From Eubacteriales bacterium (GTDB taxonomy: Bacteria > Bacillota > Clostridia > Oscillospirales > CAG-382), in contig JAZNIJ010000211.1 in NCBI GenBank assembly GCA_045577455.1, positions 32,706-96,705 on the forward strand: DNA of 64,000 nucleotides. Direction: 5' to 3'. The translations under genes were made by a program, and so were the position numbers. The notes under the pieces were generated by a model. The model was given only the letters and a program-made list of their open reading frames with translations, was not told where the DNA came from and made no database searches. Below are positions 8,966-18,496 of the stretch, one piece after another; the first letter of the stretch is position 1, and each line of letters starts with the position of its first letter.

Positions 8966-9091
8966 TAGTATAAAATATTAAAAAAGATGAAATTGTAATA
9001 GATGAAACAAAACAAAAAATACATAAACAGCTATGTAAAATGAAATAAAATTTTGTTTAAAGTAAAAAAAATTATTTTTTCAAAAAACGGG

Positions 9092-9120
9092 TTGACAAAA
9101 CAGGAAAAAAAGCGTATACT
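9092..9120 (+). promoter_or_regulatory. Sigma-A type promoter of the feo operon
   Basis: TTGACA (9092-9097), 17-nt spacer, TATACT (9115-9120). Confidence 0.6.
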
Positions 9121-9128
9121 TGCTGTGT

Positions 9129-9146
9129 AGTTAGCAGATGCTAACT
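9129..9146. promoter_or_regulatory. Operator-like inverted repeat AGTTAGC-N4-GCTAACT (feo box 1)
   Basis: 7-bp perfect arms, starting 9 nt after the -10 hexamer and so overlapping the predicted transcription start. Confidence 0.5.
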
Positions 9147-9219
9147 CATTGATGCGAAATCAACCGTATGTTTTTAAACGGTTTAACATAATGTATTTGC
9201 CGATTGTGAGGGTTATAAT

Positions 9220-9432
9220 ATGAATTTGCGCTTTGCCGACGAAGGAAAAGAATATATAATAAAGGCAATTGAAACAGAAGACGAGGAGCTGGATGCGTTC
9301 TTGCTTTCCTTGGGCTGTTATGTGGGTGAACCAATAACTGTTGTTTCTCACCTTAAATCTGCTTGTATTGTATCAATTAAAGATGGAAGATATACAATTG
9401 ATAACCTTATAGCGGAATCTATAATTGTTTGA
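9220..9432 (+). CDS. feoA: FeoA family iron transport protein
   Basis: 70 aa. SH3-like FeoA pattern (GKEYIIKAIE...LLSLGCYVGEPITVV...). Lies directly upstream of feoB. Confidence 0.85.
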   Translation: MNLRFADEGKEYIIKAIETEDEELDAFLLSLGCYVGEPITVVSHLKSACIVSIKDGRYTIDNLIAESIIV

Positions 9433-9480
9433 TCACTTTTTTAAATTAGAAAAATATGCAAATATTTTTTTTAGCCCTCG

Positions 9481-9496
9481 GTTAGCCGTTGCTAAC
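9481..9496. promoter_or_regulatory. Second copy of the GTTAGC-N4-GCTAAC inverted repeat (feo box 2)
   Basis: GTTAGCcgttGCTAAC in the 126-nt feoA-feoB spacer, nested in a larger imperfect hairpin (GCCCT...AGGGC). Confidence 0.45.
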
Positions 9497-9558
9497 TCCG
9501 GGAAGGGCAGTGAAAATATTGCTTTGATTAACGATTTTTATAAACAGGAGGAAATAAA

Positions 9559-11604
9559 ATGAGAATCGCGCTGGCAGGAAATCCCAATAGCGGTAAAACA
9601 ACTATGTATAACGCTTTAACGGGACGAAGCGAAAAGGTTGGAAACTGGGCAGGGGTTACCGTTGAGAAGAAAGAGCACCCTATAAAAAAGAATTATGCGT
9701 CGGGGGAGGATATTGTTGCTGTTGACCTTCCGGGGGCTTATTCTATGTCTCCGTTCACAAGTGAAGAAAGTATAACAAGTACATATGTTAAGAACGAAAA
9801 TCCCGATGCTATTATTAATATCGTTGATGCAACGAATCTCAGCAGGAGCTTGTTTTTCACAACTCAGCTTTTGGAATTGGGCGTTCCCGTTGTTGTAGCT
9901 CTCAACAAAGCTGATATAAACAAGAAAAAACAGACAACAATTGATACCGCCTTGCTTTCCGAAAAGCTTGGATGCCCTGTTGTTGATACAACTTCAACTA
10001 CGGGCGAAGGGCTGAAAGCTGTTGTTGATGCAGCAATTGCTTTAAAGGGTAAGGAACAAAAAGCACCATATGAACAGGGAAATGTTGACTTAACAGATAA
10101 AAGCTCTGTTGTTGAAGCCGATAAAAAGCGTTTTGCCTTTGTTAATAACATAGTTTCCGCAGTTGAAAAGAGGAGCGTTTTAACAAGAGAAAAAAATAAG
10201 CAGGATAAAATAGACGATATACTTTTAAATAAATGGGTTGGTATTCCTATTTTTGCAATTGTTATGTATCTTGTTTTCTGGGTATCTCAGGTAGGGCCAG
10301 GTGTTTGGCTTGCAGAAGGAGTTGAAGTTGGTGGGAAATCGATTCCGGGTCTTGTTTCTCTTATAGAAATGGTGGGCGACAAGGTTGCTGTATTGATGGA
10401 AAACTCATCTCCGATTCTTCAGGCGATAGTTGTTGACGGAATAATTGGGGGCGTTGGAGCAGTTGTTGGCTTCTTGCCATTGGTTATGGTTATGTATTTC
10501 CTTCTTGCCCTACTTGAAGACTGTGGATATATGGCAAGAGTTTCTGTTGTTCTTGACCCGATTTTCAAAAAAGTTGGTTTGTCGGGAAAATCTGTAATAC
10601 CTTTTGTTATCGGCACAGGATGTGCGATTCCCGGCGTTATGGCTTGCAGAACAATAAGAGACGAAAGAGAACGCAGAGCAACTGCAATGCTCACACCGTT
10701 CATTCCCTGCGGAGCTAAAATTCCTGTTATAGCACTTCTTACAGGTCTTTTCTTCCCAAAATCCTCCTGGATAGCTCCTGCAATGTATTTCCTTGGACTT
10801 GTAATTATATTTTTGGGCGCTTTACTTATTAAATGGATTTCGGGATATAAATATAGAAAGTCATTCTTTATAATTGAGCTTCCTGAATATAAAATTCCCT
10901 CTGTTTGGAACGCAGTAAAATCAATGTGTGCTCGCGGTTGGTCTTATATTGTAAAAGCGGGAACAATAATTCTCCTTTGTAACGCAGTTGTTACAATTAT
11001 GTTGAACTTCACATGGTCTTTTGAAATTGCAGAAAATGCTGAAGATTCCATACTTCACAGCGTTTCCAGCCCTCTTTCTGTGTTGCTCATACCCCTTGGT
11101 TTTGGAATGTGGCAATTAGCCGCCGCCGCAATCACGGGCTTTATAGCAAAAGAAGAAGTTGTTGGAACTTTAGGCGCAATTTTCTCTGCTCTTGCAGTTG
11201 GAGAAGAATTTGAGCTTTTGGAAGCAGGAAACGGAACAGGACCCGTAGTTATGGGAATCTCTGCTGTTGCAGGTCTTGCATATCTTGTGTTTAACCTTTT
11301 CACACCACCTTGCTTTGCCGCAATCGGTGCAATGAATTCGGAAATAAAGAATAAGAAATGGCTCTTTGCAGGAATCGGTTTACAGCTCACTGTTGGTTAT
11401 ACTCTCGCATATCTGGTGTATCAGATTGGTACATTGATTAACGATGGAAAAGTTGGAGACGGTTTCGTCGGTGGACTTGTTGCGATTGGTGTTGCTGTTG
11501 TCTTTATTGTTGCGCTTGGTATAAGGTCAAATGCTAAAATGAAGGCAGAATATGAGGCAAAGCGCGCCGCAATGAAGGCAAAGCGCAACAATGTGAATGT
11601 GTAA
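9559..11604 (+). CDS. feoB: Ferrous iron transporter FeoB
   Basis: 681 aa. N-terminal G-domain with G1 GNPNSGKTT, DLPG and NKAD motifs, followed by a polytopic membrane domain. Confidence 0.95.
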   Translation: MRIALAGNPNSGKTTMYNALTGRSEKVGNWAGVTVEKKEHPIKKNYASGEDIVAVDLPGAYSMSPFTSEESITSTYVKNENPDAIINIVDATNLSRSLFFTTQLLELGVPVVVALNKADINKKKQTTIDTALLSEKLGCPVVDTTSTTGEGLKAVVDAAIALKGKEQKAPYEQGNVDLTDKSSVVEADKKRFAFVNNIVSAVEKRSVLTREKNKQDKIDDILLNKWVGIPIFAIVMYLVFWVSQVGPGVWLAEGVEVGGKSIPGLVSLIEMVGDKVAVLMENSSPILQAIVVDGIIGGVGAVVGFLPLVMVMYFLLALLEDCGYMARVSVVLDPIFKKVGLSGKSVIPFVIGTGCAIPGVMACRTIRDERERRATAMLTPFIPCGAKIPVIALLTGLFFPKSSWIAPAMYFLGLVIIFLGALLIKWISGYKYRKSFFIIELPEYKIPSVWNAVKSMCARGWSYIVKAGTIILLCNAVVTIMLNFTWSFEIAENAEDSILHSVSSPLSVLLIPLGFGMWQLAAAAITGFIAKEEVVGTLGAIFSALAVGEEFELLEAGNGTGPVVMGISAVAGLAYLVFNLFTPPCFAAIGAMNSEIKNKKWLFAGIGLQLTVGYTLAYLVYQIGTLINDGKVGDGFVGGLVAIGVAVVFIVALGIRSNAKMKAEYEAKRAAMKAKRNNVNV

Positions 11605-11675
11605 TATTGAAGCCACATTTAATGAAAAGCGTAACGGTGTGAGCGTGTAATATCAAAGCAACATTTAATGAAAAG
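11599..11675 (+). repeat. Direct repeat (2 x 31 nt, 3 mismatches, 46-nt period) spanning the feoB stop
   Basis: 11599-11629 GTGTAATATTGAAGCCACATTTAATGAAAAG and 11645-11675 GTGTAATATCAAAGCAACATTTAATGAAAAG. Confidence 0.8.
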
Positions 11676-11721
11676 TAATTTGATTTTTTGAATTTTTATA
11701 CTTATTGTGGGGAGGGATACT

Positions 11722-11937
11722 ATGCTTACGGATATAATTGTTTCAATAATCTTGTGTTTTATCTTCGGCGGTGCTATATACTATATAGTTAAGTCGAAAA
11801 AAAGCGGCAAGCGTTGTATCGGTTGCCCTGATGCAAGCGTATGTGGAAAGAAAAAATGCGAATGTGAAAACATTGTGCCGAAGAAAGAATTCAAGGTTGA
11901 ACGAAACGAAACAACTTTTAACGGCTTTGAAAAGTAA
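11722..11937 (+). CDS. FeoB-associated Cys-rich membrane protein
   Basis: ATG 11722 follows GGGGAGGG. One TM helix (IIVSIILCFIFGGAIYYIV), then KSKKSGKRCIGCPDASVCGKKKCEC. The track start at 11707 is over-extended. Confidence 0.75.
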   Translation: MLTDIIVSIILCFIFGGAIYYIVKSKKSGKRCIGCPDASVCGKKKCECENIVPKKEFKVERNETTFNGFEK

Positions 11938-12034
11938 AAATATCTTTAAAGGCGTTTATTTCTTGTTTGGTTTATGATTTCTTTTGTAAGAATCCTTATT
12001 TTTATATAGTTGTCTTTTATCGTACATTTCAAAA

Positions 12035-12073
12035 AAAGGATACTCAATACCTTATCGGTAAAGAGTATCCTTT
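12035..12073. terminator. Bidirectional rho-independent terminator
   Basis: AAAGGATACTC-17 nt-GAGTATCCTTT, with an A-run before and a T-run after, between convergent genes. Confidence 0.8.
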
Positions 12074-12135
12074 TGCCGTATTTAAATAATGATAAATAGC
12101 AATGTTAAAGCACCTATTAAAACGGAAGTTTCTGT

Positions 12136-13650
12136 TTATTTTCTTTTGTTTTTTCTGTGTTTTAAAAAGAAAACAACACCACAGGCAGAGATAACAACGC
12201 AAGCTGAAAGTATTATGGGCAGGAGATAATTATTATCTTTTTCTTTGTCAGTTATTTTCATATTTATACTTTGAGTTGTTGGAATGTAATTTCCGTTATT
12301 ATCGTAAGCTGTAACAACCGCAAGATAGTCGCCTGCTTCTTTTGGTGGAGAGGTGAGGATGGTGTGGTTTGCGCCACCGTTCCATTTATAATACTCTGTT
12401 TTAAATAAAACATCTTCGGGAGAAACAGAAATTTGTATATGCTGTTCTTCACCGTTGTATTCGAATTCCGAGGTAATAACCTTAATTTCAGGTGTTGCAG
12501 GGGTTATTGTTAAATATCCATATGCGTAAGTTCGTTTATAATGCTTTGTATCTGTTGGATATGCAATAATTGAATATTTTCCTGCTTTTTTTATGGGAAT
12601 AGAGGTTTCTTCCATACTTGTATTTCCGTTTTCGTCAATGGCAAAAGCTGTGAAAGATATGTCCATCCCTGAAATTTCCGACTTTGCAGTTGGTGAAACA
12701 CCACCGAATATATATGGGGTTTCAACGCTGTTTACGGTTATCGTTGTTTGGATTTTATCAATGAATATCGACCCTTCACCAATGCAAGTGCTACCAAGGA
12801 AATAACCGCATACATATTCTCCCGGTTCAGTAGGGATGTCTTTTGTGTAAGGTGAATATGTTCCATCTCGGTATGTGGTTTTGTACATAATTTCCCCTTC
12901 TATCGCCACAGGAGACAGGGTGTATTTACATTCTATAGGTGTGCTTGGGTTGTAAACCGTTGTAATATTTTCAAATTTGCAAGTGAAAGAAGGTGGAACA
13001 GAAAGCCCTCGTTCTTCAGCCGATAGTTTCTTGCCCCTGTATGGTGCAATTTCGTATACAAGATATTTGTTTTCACATTCTATGCCTGGGTTTGAAGATG
13101 TAACATTGAAAACAGTGTAAAATAACCCTAAATCTTTAGGAGCTTCTATAGGGTTTTGAGGAACGGATGATATATCGTCAATGGGAAAATATTTAATGTC
13201 AATGTCAAGGAAATCCTTTGCCCACGATGGCTCAATAGAGTAGGAAACGGGGTTATCCATTTTTGAATATGCAACTGTATGGTAGTTGGTTATTATTTTC
13301 GCCTTAACGCTTTCAATTGTAACAACCGAAGTTGCTTTAGCGGATGAATATTTCTCATTTCCTTGAAAAGATGCTGTTATTTCATATTTCCCGGGCTTAT
13401 CAAGGGGCAGAGAGATAGTCTGGGATGTTGCAATATCAACTGCGGAATAAGTGATTTGAGACACAACGGAGCTGTGGGAAACCTTTGCTTTGGGATAGTA
13501 ACCTTTAAGGGAGTATTGTACGGTTTCATCTTCAAGAGTAATTGTAATTTCAGTTTTTGCGCTCGCTGAAATAAGGGCATAATTATACCCTGCAAAAGCT
13601 ATATATATAGATGTAAAAAGCAAAATAAATAAGAATGACCGTTTTTTCAT
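12136..13650 (-). CDS. Surface protein with repeated Ig-like/MBG-like modules and a C-terminal membrane anchor
   Basis: ATG 13650 gives the signal sequence MKKRSFLFILLFTSIYIAFAG. Modules with Y-x-G...P...G-x-Y patterns recur (e.g. KPGKYEITASF, KAGKYSIIAY, EAGDYLAVVTAY). C-terminal TM helix LLPIILSACVVISACGVVFFL plus KHRKNKRK. The domain name is tentative. Confidence 0.65.
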   Translation of the reverse strand: MKKRSFLFILLFTSIYIAFAGYNYALISASAKTEITITLEDETVQYSLKGYYPKAKVSHSSVVSQITYSAVDIATSQTISLPLDKPGKYEITASFQGNEKYSSAKATSVVTIESVKAKIITNYHTVAYSKMDNPVSYSIEPSWAKDFLDIDIKYFPIDDISSVPQNPIEAPKDLGLFYTVFNVTSSNPGIECENKYLVYEIAPYRGKKLSAEERGLSVPPSFTCKFENITTVYNPSTPIECKYTLSPVAIEGEIMYKTTYRDGTYSPYTKDIPTEPGEYVCGYFLGSTCIGEGSIFIDKIQTTITVNSVETPYIFGGVSPTAKSEISGMDISFTAFAIDENGNTSMEETSIPIKKAGKYSIIAYPTDTKHYKRTYAYGYLTITPATPEIKVITSEFEYNGEEQHIQISVSPEDVLFKTEYYKWNGGANHTILTSPPKEAGDYLAVVTAYDNNGNYIPTTQSINMKITDKEKDNNYLLPIILSACVVISACGVVFFLKHRKNKRK

Positions 13651-13945
13651 AATAACTCTTTTCAAGATTGATAAAGCCATTTTATCACATAGAAATGGGT
13701 TTTTCAATAGGTTTTACAAAAAACAAAAAAATATGACTTTTTATTTGTATATGTGAGCAAAAATAAGGAAAAATATGTTTAATTCAAAAGTGAATAAAAT
13801 ATGATATGCGGTGAATTTGCACTTTGATAGGGTGAAAATTTTGGCTTAAAGATAAAAATATTTCACTTAAGTATTGATTTTTTGAATACATTGTGGTAGT
13901 ATATAAAGATGGAAAATAAAGATAAAAAGCAAGGATTATTGCGCT

Positions 13946-14617
13946 ATGGTAAATTTAGGCAATTCTTGGGATGCTCTTTTAGGGGAAGAATTCAAAAAAG
14001 GGTATTATCTTCGTCTCAGACAATTTTTGAAAGAAGAATATTTAGGTAGCAAACATAAAATTTTTCCCGAAATGTCTAATATTTTCAATGCTTTAAGATA
14101 TACTGATTATAACGATGTTAAGGTTGTGATTTTGGGGCAAGACCCATATCATGGCGAAGGGCAAGCCCATGGACTTTGCTTTTCCGTTCAAAGGGGAACA
14201 AAGCCCCCACCTTCTCTTGTTAATATTTTCAAAGAGCTGAATTCAGATTTGGGAGTGGAAATTCCATCCCACGGTGAGCTGACAGCTTGGGCGAAAAACG
14301 GAGTTTTGTTGCTTAACACTGTTCTTACTGTAAGAGAAGGCGCACCGACAAGCCATAGAGGTATGGGCTGGGAGGTATTCACCGATAAGGTTATATCTTT
14401 GCTTGGAAAAAGGGAAAAACCAATGGTATTTATGCTTTGGGGCAGTTTTGCAAAAAGCAAGGTACAGCTTATAGATTCAAAAAAACATCTTGTTTTAACG
14501 GCAGCGCATCCGAGTCCCTTATCTGCATATAATGGGTTCTTTGGTTGCAGGCATTTTTCTTATGCAAACGCCTTTTTGAAAGCCAACGGAATTGAAGAAG
14601 TGGATTGGACTTTATAA
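13946..14617 (+). CDS. ung: Uracil-DNA glycosylase
   Basis: 223 aa. Motifs GQDPYHGEGQAHGLCFSV and AAHPSPLSA. Confidence 0.95.
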   Translation: MVNLGNSWDALLGEEFKKGYYLRLRQFLKEEYLGSKHKIFPEMSNIFNALRYTDYNDVKVVILGQDPYHGEGQAHGLCFSVQRGTKPPPSLVNIFKELNSDLGVEIPSHGELTAWAKNGVLLLNTVLTVREGAPTSHRGMGWEVFTDKVISLLGKREKPMVFMLWGSFAKSKVQLIDSKKHLVLTAAHPSPLSAYNGFFGCRHFSYANAFLKANGIEEVDWTL

Positions 14618-14619
14618 AT

Positions 14620-15186
14620 ATGATTCAAAGAAAAAAAGTTATACTTGCTTCTGCTTCTCCTCGTCGCAGAGAGCTTCTTGCCAATATTGGCATCGAATAC
14701 ATATGCAAAACCCCTGTTGTTGAAGAAAAAAGCAACGGTAACGGTGCAGAAATTGTGAAACGCAACGCACTTTCAAAGGCGAAATGTCTTGCGGAAACAG
14801 GGTATGCTGTAATTGGTGCAGATACGGTTGTTTGCCTTGATGGAAAAATATACGGAAAGCCAAAAGATGAAAAACAAGCAGTTGAGTTTTTGAAACAGCT
14901 TTCTGGAAATTCTCATAAAGTGTATACAGGTGTTGCTGTTGTTGCAGACGGATTTGAAAAAGTTTCCGTTGTTGAAACAACTGTTAAATTCCGAAACTTG
15001 TCTGATGATGAAATTTTAGATTATGTAAAAAGCGGTTCGCCCTTGGATAAGGCGGGGGCTTATGGAATACAGGATTTCGGAGGCGTTTTTGTTGAAAAAA
15101 TAGAGGGAGATTATTACAATGTTGTTGGACTCCCTATAACAGAAGTTTATTTGCTTCTTTTTGAATGCGGAGTAATAGGTTATTAA
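14620..15186 (+). CDS. maf: Maf-like nucleoside triphosphate pyrophosphatase
   Basis: ILASASPRRRELL, GADTVV and AGAYGIQ motifs. ATG 14620 lies 2 nt after the ung stop. Confidence 0.9.
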   Translation: MIQRKKVILASASPRRRELLANIGIEYICKTPVVEEKSNGNGAEIVKRNALSKAKCLAETGYAVIGADTVVCLDGKIYGKPKDEKQAVEFLKQLSGNSHKVYTGVAVVADGFEKVSVVETTVKFRNLSDDEILDYVKSGSPLDKAGAYGIQDFGGVFVEKIEGDYYNVVGLPITEVYLLLFECGVIGY

Positions 15187-15238
15187 AATTGGTTTTATGC
15201 AAAACCGAATGATTATTATATACATATAGGAGGGTATT

Positions 15239-16219
15239 TTGGTTTCTATTAAAGACAGAATTTTAACATTTGCCAAAGGGTTATTTGTTGGTGGCTCTCT
15301 TTCTGTACCCGGAGTTAGCGGTGGCTCAATGGCAATGATTTTGGGAATTTACGATAGATTGATTTTTTCCCTTAACTCTTTGTTTAAGCCAAATAAAGAT
15401 GGAAAAATAAATAAAAAGGAAAACTTTTTGTTTTTGCTCGAAGCGGGATTGGGTGGAATTATCGGACTTTTAACCCTATACAAGTTGATAAGTTACCTTA
15501 TGCTTGAGTTTGGAATGCAGATGAGCTGTTTCTTTGTAGGAGCGGTTGCAGGAGGAATACCCCTTATTTTTAAGGCGGCAAAGGTTGTGAAGGTTCGTTT
15601 TTCAGACTTTGTGTGGATAATTATAGGCATAGCAACTGTTGTAGGTCTTATGTTTATCCCTGAAGGTCTTTTTAAAGGCGGCAACTTTTTTGTTAATATT
15701 ATAGGCGGTATAATTGTTGCTGCGGCTTTAGTGCTTCCGGGCCTTAGCGTTTCTCATATGCTTGTTATTATGGGACTTTATGATTTTGTTCTTGGAAACG
15801 CATCGGATTTAAATATAGTTCCTCTTATTCCCTTTGGAATCGGGCTTGTTATAGGCGTTGTTGCTACATCGGGCGGTATGGAAGTTCTGATGAAAAAATT
15901 CAACCGTCAGACATATCTTGCGGTCTTGGGCTTTGTTATCGGCTCTGTTTTCGCACTTGGCAAAGATGTGCTTGAAAAAATAATTGTTAAAACCACAGAA
16001 GATGGCTATGTGAATATTTTTTCAAATCTTGCAAAGTTGGAAGAAGATGGCAAAAAAATAATTATAACAACCGAAGAACAGTTTAATGAAGCAGGGCTTA
16101 TTATGCAAAGTGAGCTTACGGCAGTAGTTTGGATTGTTTGCGCTGTGCTTGTTGCGGTTGGTTTTGCCGTAGTGTTTGCACTCAGTAAAATGGAAGATAA
16201 AAAAACTTCAGATAAATAA
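15239..16219 (+). CDS. DUF368 family membrane protein (family proposed as a polyprenyl-phosphate translocase)
   Basis: 326 aa. TTG start after AGGAGGG. Signature PGVSGGSMAMILGIYDRLI with a second half-repeat LPGLSVSHMLVIMGLYD. Polytopic. Confidence 0.8.
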   Translation: MVSIKDRILTFAKGLFVGGSLSVPGVSGGSMAMILGIYDRLIFSLNSLFKPNKDGKINKKENFLFLLEAGLGGIIGLLTLYKLISYLMLEFGMQMSCFFVGAVAGGIPLIFKAAKVVKVRFSDFVWIIIGIATVVGLMFIPEGLFKGGNFFVNIIGGIIVAAALVLPGLSVSHMLVIMGLYDFVLGNASDLNIVPLIPFGIGLVIGVVATSGGMEVLMKKFNRQTYLAVLGFVIGSVFALGKDVLEKIIVKTTEDGYVNIFSNLAKLEEDGKKIIITTEEQFNEAGLIMQSELTAVVWIVCAVLVAVGFAVVFALSKMEDKKTSDK

Positions 16220-16237
16220 TAATACAGGAGACGAAAA

Positions 16238-17524
16238 ATGATTGATATCAGACTTGTAAGAGAAAATCCGGATTTGGTTAGAGAAAATATCAGAAAGAAG
16301 TTTCAGGATTCAAAGCTCCCCTTGGTTGACGAGGTTATTGCTCTTGATAAAGAGTCCAGAGCTGTAAAAGGTGAAGCAGACTCCCTTCGTGCTGAAAGAA
16401 ACAAGATTTCTAAAGAAATCGGTGGTCTTATGGCAAAAGGAATGAAAGCGGAAGCAGAAGAGGCAAAGAAAAAGGTAACTGAAAAATCAGACCGTCTTGC
16501 AGAGCTTGAAGCAAAAGAAGCAGAGCTTGAAGAAAGAGTTAAAACTATAATGATGACAATTCCCAACATTATAGATGATAGCGTTCCCGTTGGAAAAGAT
16601 GACAGCGAAAATGTTGAAGTTCAGCGTTACGGCGAACCCATAGTTCCCGATTTTGATGTTCCTTATCATACAGAAATTATGGAGAGCTTCAACGGTATCG
16701 ACCTTGACAGCGCAGGCAGAGTTGCAGGAAACGGTTTTTATTACCTTATGGGCGATATAGCAAGACTTCATTCCGCAATGACAGCTTATGCAAGAGATTT
16801 TATGATAAACAAGGGATTCACCTATTGTATACCTCCGTTTATGATTCGTTCCAATGTTGTAACAGGCGTTATGAGCTTTGCTGAAATGGATTCTATGATG
16901 TATAAAATTGAAGGCGAAGACCTTTACCTTATTGGAACAAGCGAACATTCAATGATTGGTAAGTTTATTGATACAATAGTTCCCGAAGAAAAGCTCCCAC
17001 AAACATTAACCAGCTATTCTCCTTGCTTCCGTAAGGAAAAGGGTGCTCACGGTATCGAAGAAAGAGGTGTTTATCGTATTCACCAGTTCGAAAAACAGGA
17101 AATGATTGTTGTTTGTAAACCAGAAGACAGTATGGAATGGTTCAATAAAATGTGGAGCTACACAGTTGAGCTTTTCCGTTCTCTCGATATTCCTGTTCGC
17201 ACTCTTGAATGTTGCTCTGGCGACCTTGCTGACTTAAAGGTTAAATCAATCGATGTTGAGGCATGGTCTCCTCGTCAGAAGAAATATTTCGAGGTTGGAA
17301 GTTGCTCCAACTTGGGTGATGCTCAGGCAAGACGCCTTAAGATTCGTGTTGCAGGGGCAGATAAGAGCAAATATTTCGCTCATACACTTAACAACACCGT
17401 TGTTGCTCCTCCTCGTATGCTTATCGCATTTTTGGAAAACAACCTTAATGCAGATGGTAGCGTAAATATCCCTGTTGCTCTCCGTCCATATATGGGTGGA
17501 ATGGAAAAAATCTGTAAATCATAA
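16238..17524 (+). CDS. serS: Serine--tRNA ligase
   Basis: 428 aa. N-terminal coiled-coil arm (MIDIRLVRENPDLV...), then a class II core (TSEHSMIG, FRKEKGAHG, RIHQFEKQE, GSCSN). Confidence 0.95.
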   Translation: MIDIRLVRENPDLVRENIRKKFQDSKLPLVDEVIALDKESRAVKGEADSLRAERNKISKEIGGLMAKGMKAEAEEAKKKVTEKSDRLAELEAKEAELEERVKTIMMTIPNIIDDSVPVGKDDSENVEVQRYGEPIVPDFDVPYHTEIMESFNGIDLDSAGRVAGNGFYYLMGDIARLHSAMTAYARDFMINKGFTYCIPPFMIRSNVVTGVMSFAEMDSMMYKIEGEDLYLIGTSEHSMIGKFIDTIVPEEKLPQTLTSYSPCFRKEKGAHGIEERGVYRIHQFEKQEMIVVCKPEDSMEWFNKMWSYTVELFRSLDIPVRTLECCSGDLADLKVKSIDVEAWSPRQKKYFEVGSCSNLGDAQARRLKIRVAGADKSKYFAHTLNNTVVAPPRMLIAFLENNLNADGSVNIPVALRPYMGGMEKICKS

Positions 17525-17606
17525 GGGCGCAAAGGTATAATTTGCCCCAAATATTTGGTGATGGAAAAGTGTGTTTTCCATAGAGATGAAAAGTGTTGAA
17601 AAAAAT

Positions 17607-17632
17607 AACGCCCCGCGGTTAGGCGGGGCGTT
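17607..17632. terminator. GC-rich hairpin terminator
   Basis: AACGCCCCGC-ggttag-GCGGGGCGTT, located between convergent serS and the DUF2752 gene. Confidence 0.7.
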
Positions 17633-17674
17633 AGCTTATAATTGCGAAAGTAAAAACTAAAAACTGTTTAAAAA

Positions 17675-17706
17675 TTAAACGCCGACGGTTAAAAGTCGGC
17701 GTTTAA
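17675..17706. terminator. Hairpin terminator
   Basis: TTAAACGCCGAC-ggttaaaa-GTCGGCGTTTAA, abutting the stop of the minus-strand gene at 17708. Confidence 0.7.
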
Positions 17707-17707
17707 T

Positions 17708-18118
17708 TTATGGAATGAAACTAAAAATATTTCTTAAAGCAATATAGCCAAAGCTGATTCCTGTTACGGTGAGAACAAAGGAAGCGGAACACATTTTGCT
17801 GATAACCTTGCGAGACCAAGATAAACCAAAAATCCAACCGCTGTTTACAAGGAATAGATAAAAAATGAAAAACAGCAAAAAAATCGGAACATAGGAATTG
17901 TATGTAAATGCTTCAGAAATATTTCCTCTCAACAAGGCGTTCACACAGTGTGTGCCACCGCAGGTGAGACATTTTATTCCTAAAATTTTATAATACAAAC
18001 AATCGCTGAGATTATCCAGCATACATGTAGACAACCGTTCACCAAAAACAAGAAAAAACAAAAATAGAAAATCTAAAAGTAAAGCAACTATTAACTTTAC
18101 TCTTTTATATTCTCGCAT
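17708..18118 (-). CDS. DUF2752 domain membrane protein
   Basis: 136 aa. N-terminal TM helix, then CxxCGxT motif (CLTCGGTHCVNALLRG), then further TM helices. Confidence 0.7.
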   Translation of the reverse strand: MREYKRVKLIVALLLDFLFLFFLVFGERLSTCMLDNLSDCLYYKILGIKCLTCGGTHCVNALLRGNISEAFTYNSYVPIFLLFFIFYLFLVNSGWIFGLSWSRKVISKMCSASFVLTVTGISFGYIALRNIFSFIP

Positions 18119-18136
18119 AAGAAAATATTATGTTAG

Positions 18137-18496
18137 TTAAATGCGAATACCGTAATCCGCTAAGATGCTTGCGCCAACGAGAACAAGAATTAAACAAACA
18201 ATATAGAAAACGGTCATTATTATTGAAATAACAAGACCGGCAACACCTAAGCCGTTGCCCATGCCTACCTGTTTGCTTTTGCTCATACCTATGCCTGAAA
18301 GGATTATGCCAATGATGGATGTTGGCAAACCAACATAAACACCGCCGATGAAGCAACCGATAAAAGAAATTATGCTAAGAACAAAACCAGCGATTCCAAG
18401 ACTTTTGCCGGGGTTAACGGGTGGTTGTGGCTGGAAATTATTCTGATAAGGGGGTTGATACTGATTTTGCTGGTAGTTGTTATAGTTCTGATTCAT
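18137..18496 (-). CDS. DUF4190-like small membrane protein with a Q/N/P-rich N-terminus
   Basis: ATG 18496 lies 7 nt after GGAGG (18508-18504). MNQNYNNYQQNQYQPPYQNNFQPQPPVNPG, followed by glycine-rich TM helices. Confidence 0.7.
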   Translation of the reverse strand: MNQNYNNYQQNQYQPPYQNNFQPQPPVNPGKSLGIAGFVLSIISFIGCFIGGVYVGLPTSIIGIILSGIGMSKSKQVGMGNGLGVAGLVISIIMTVFYIVCLILVLVGASILADYGIRI

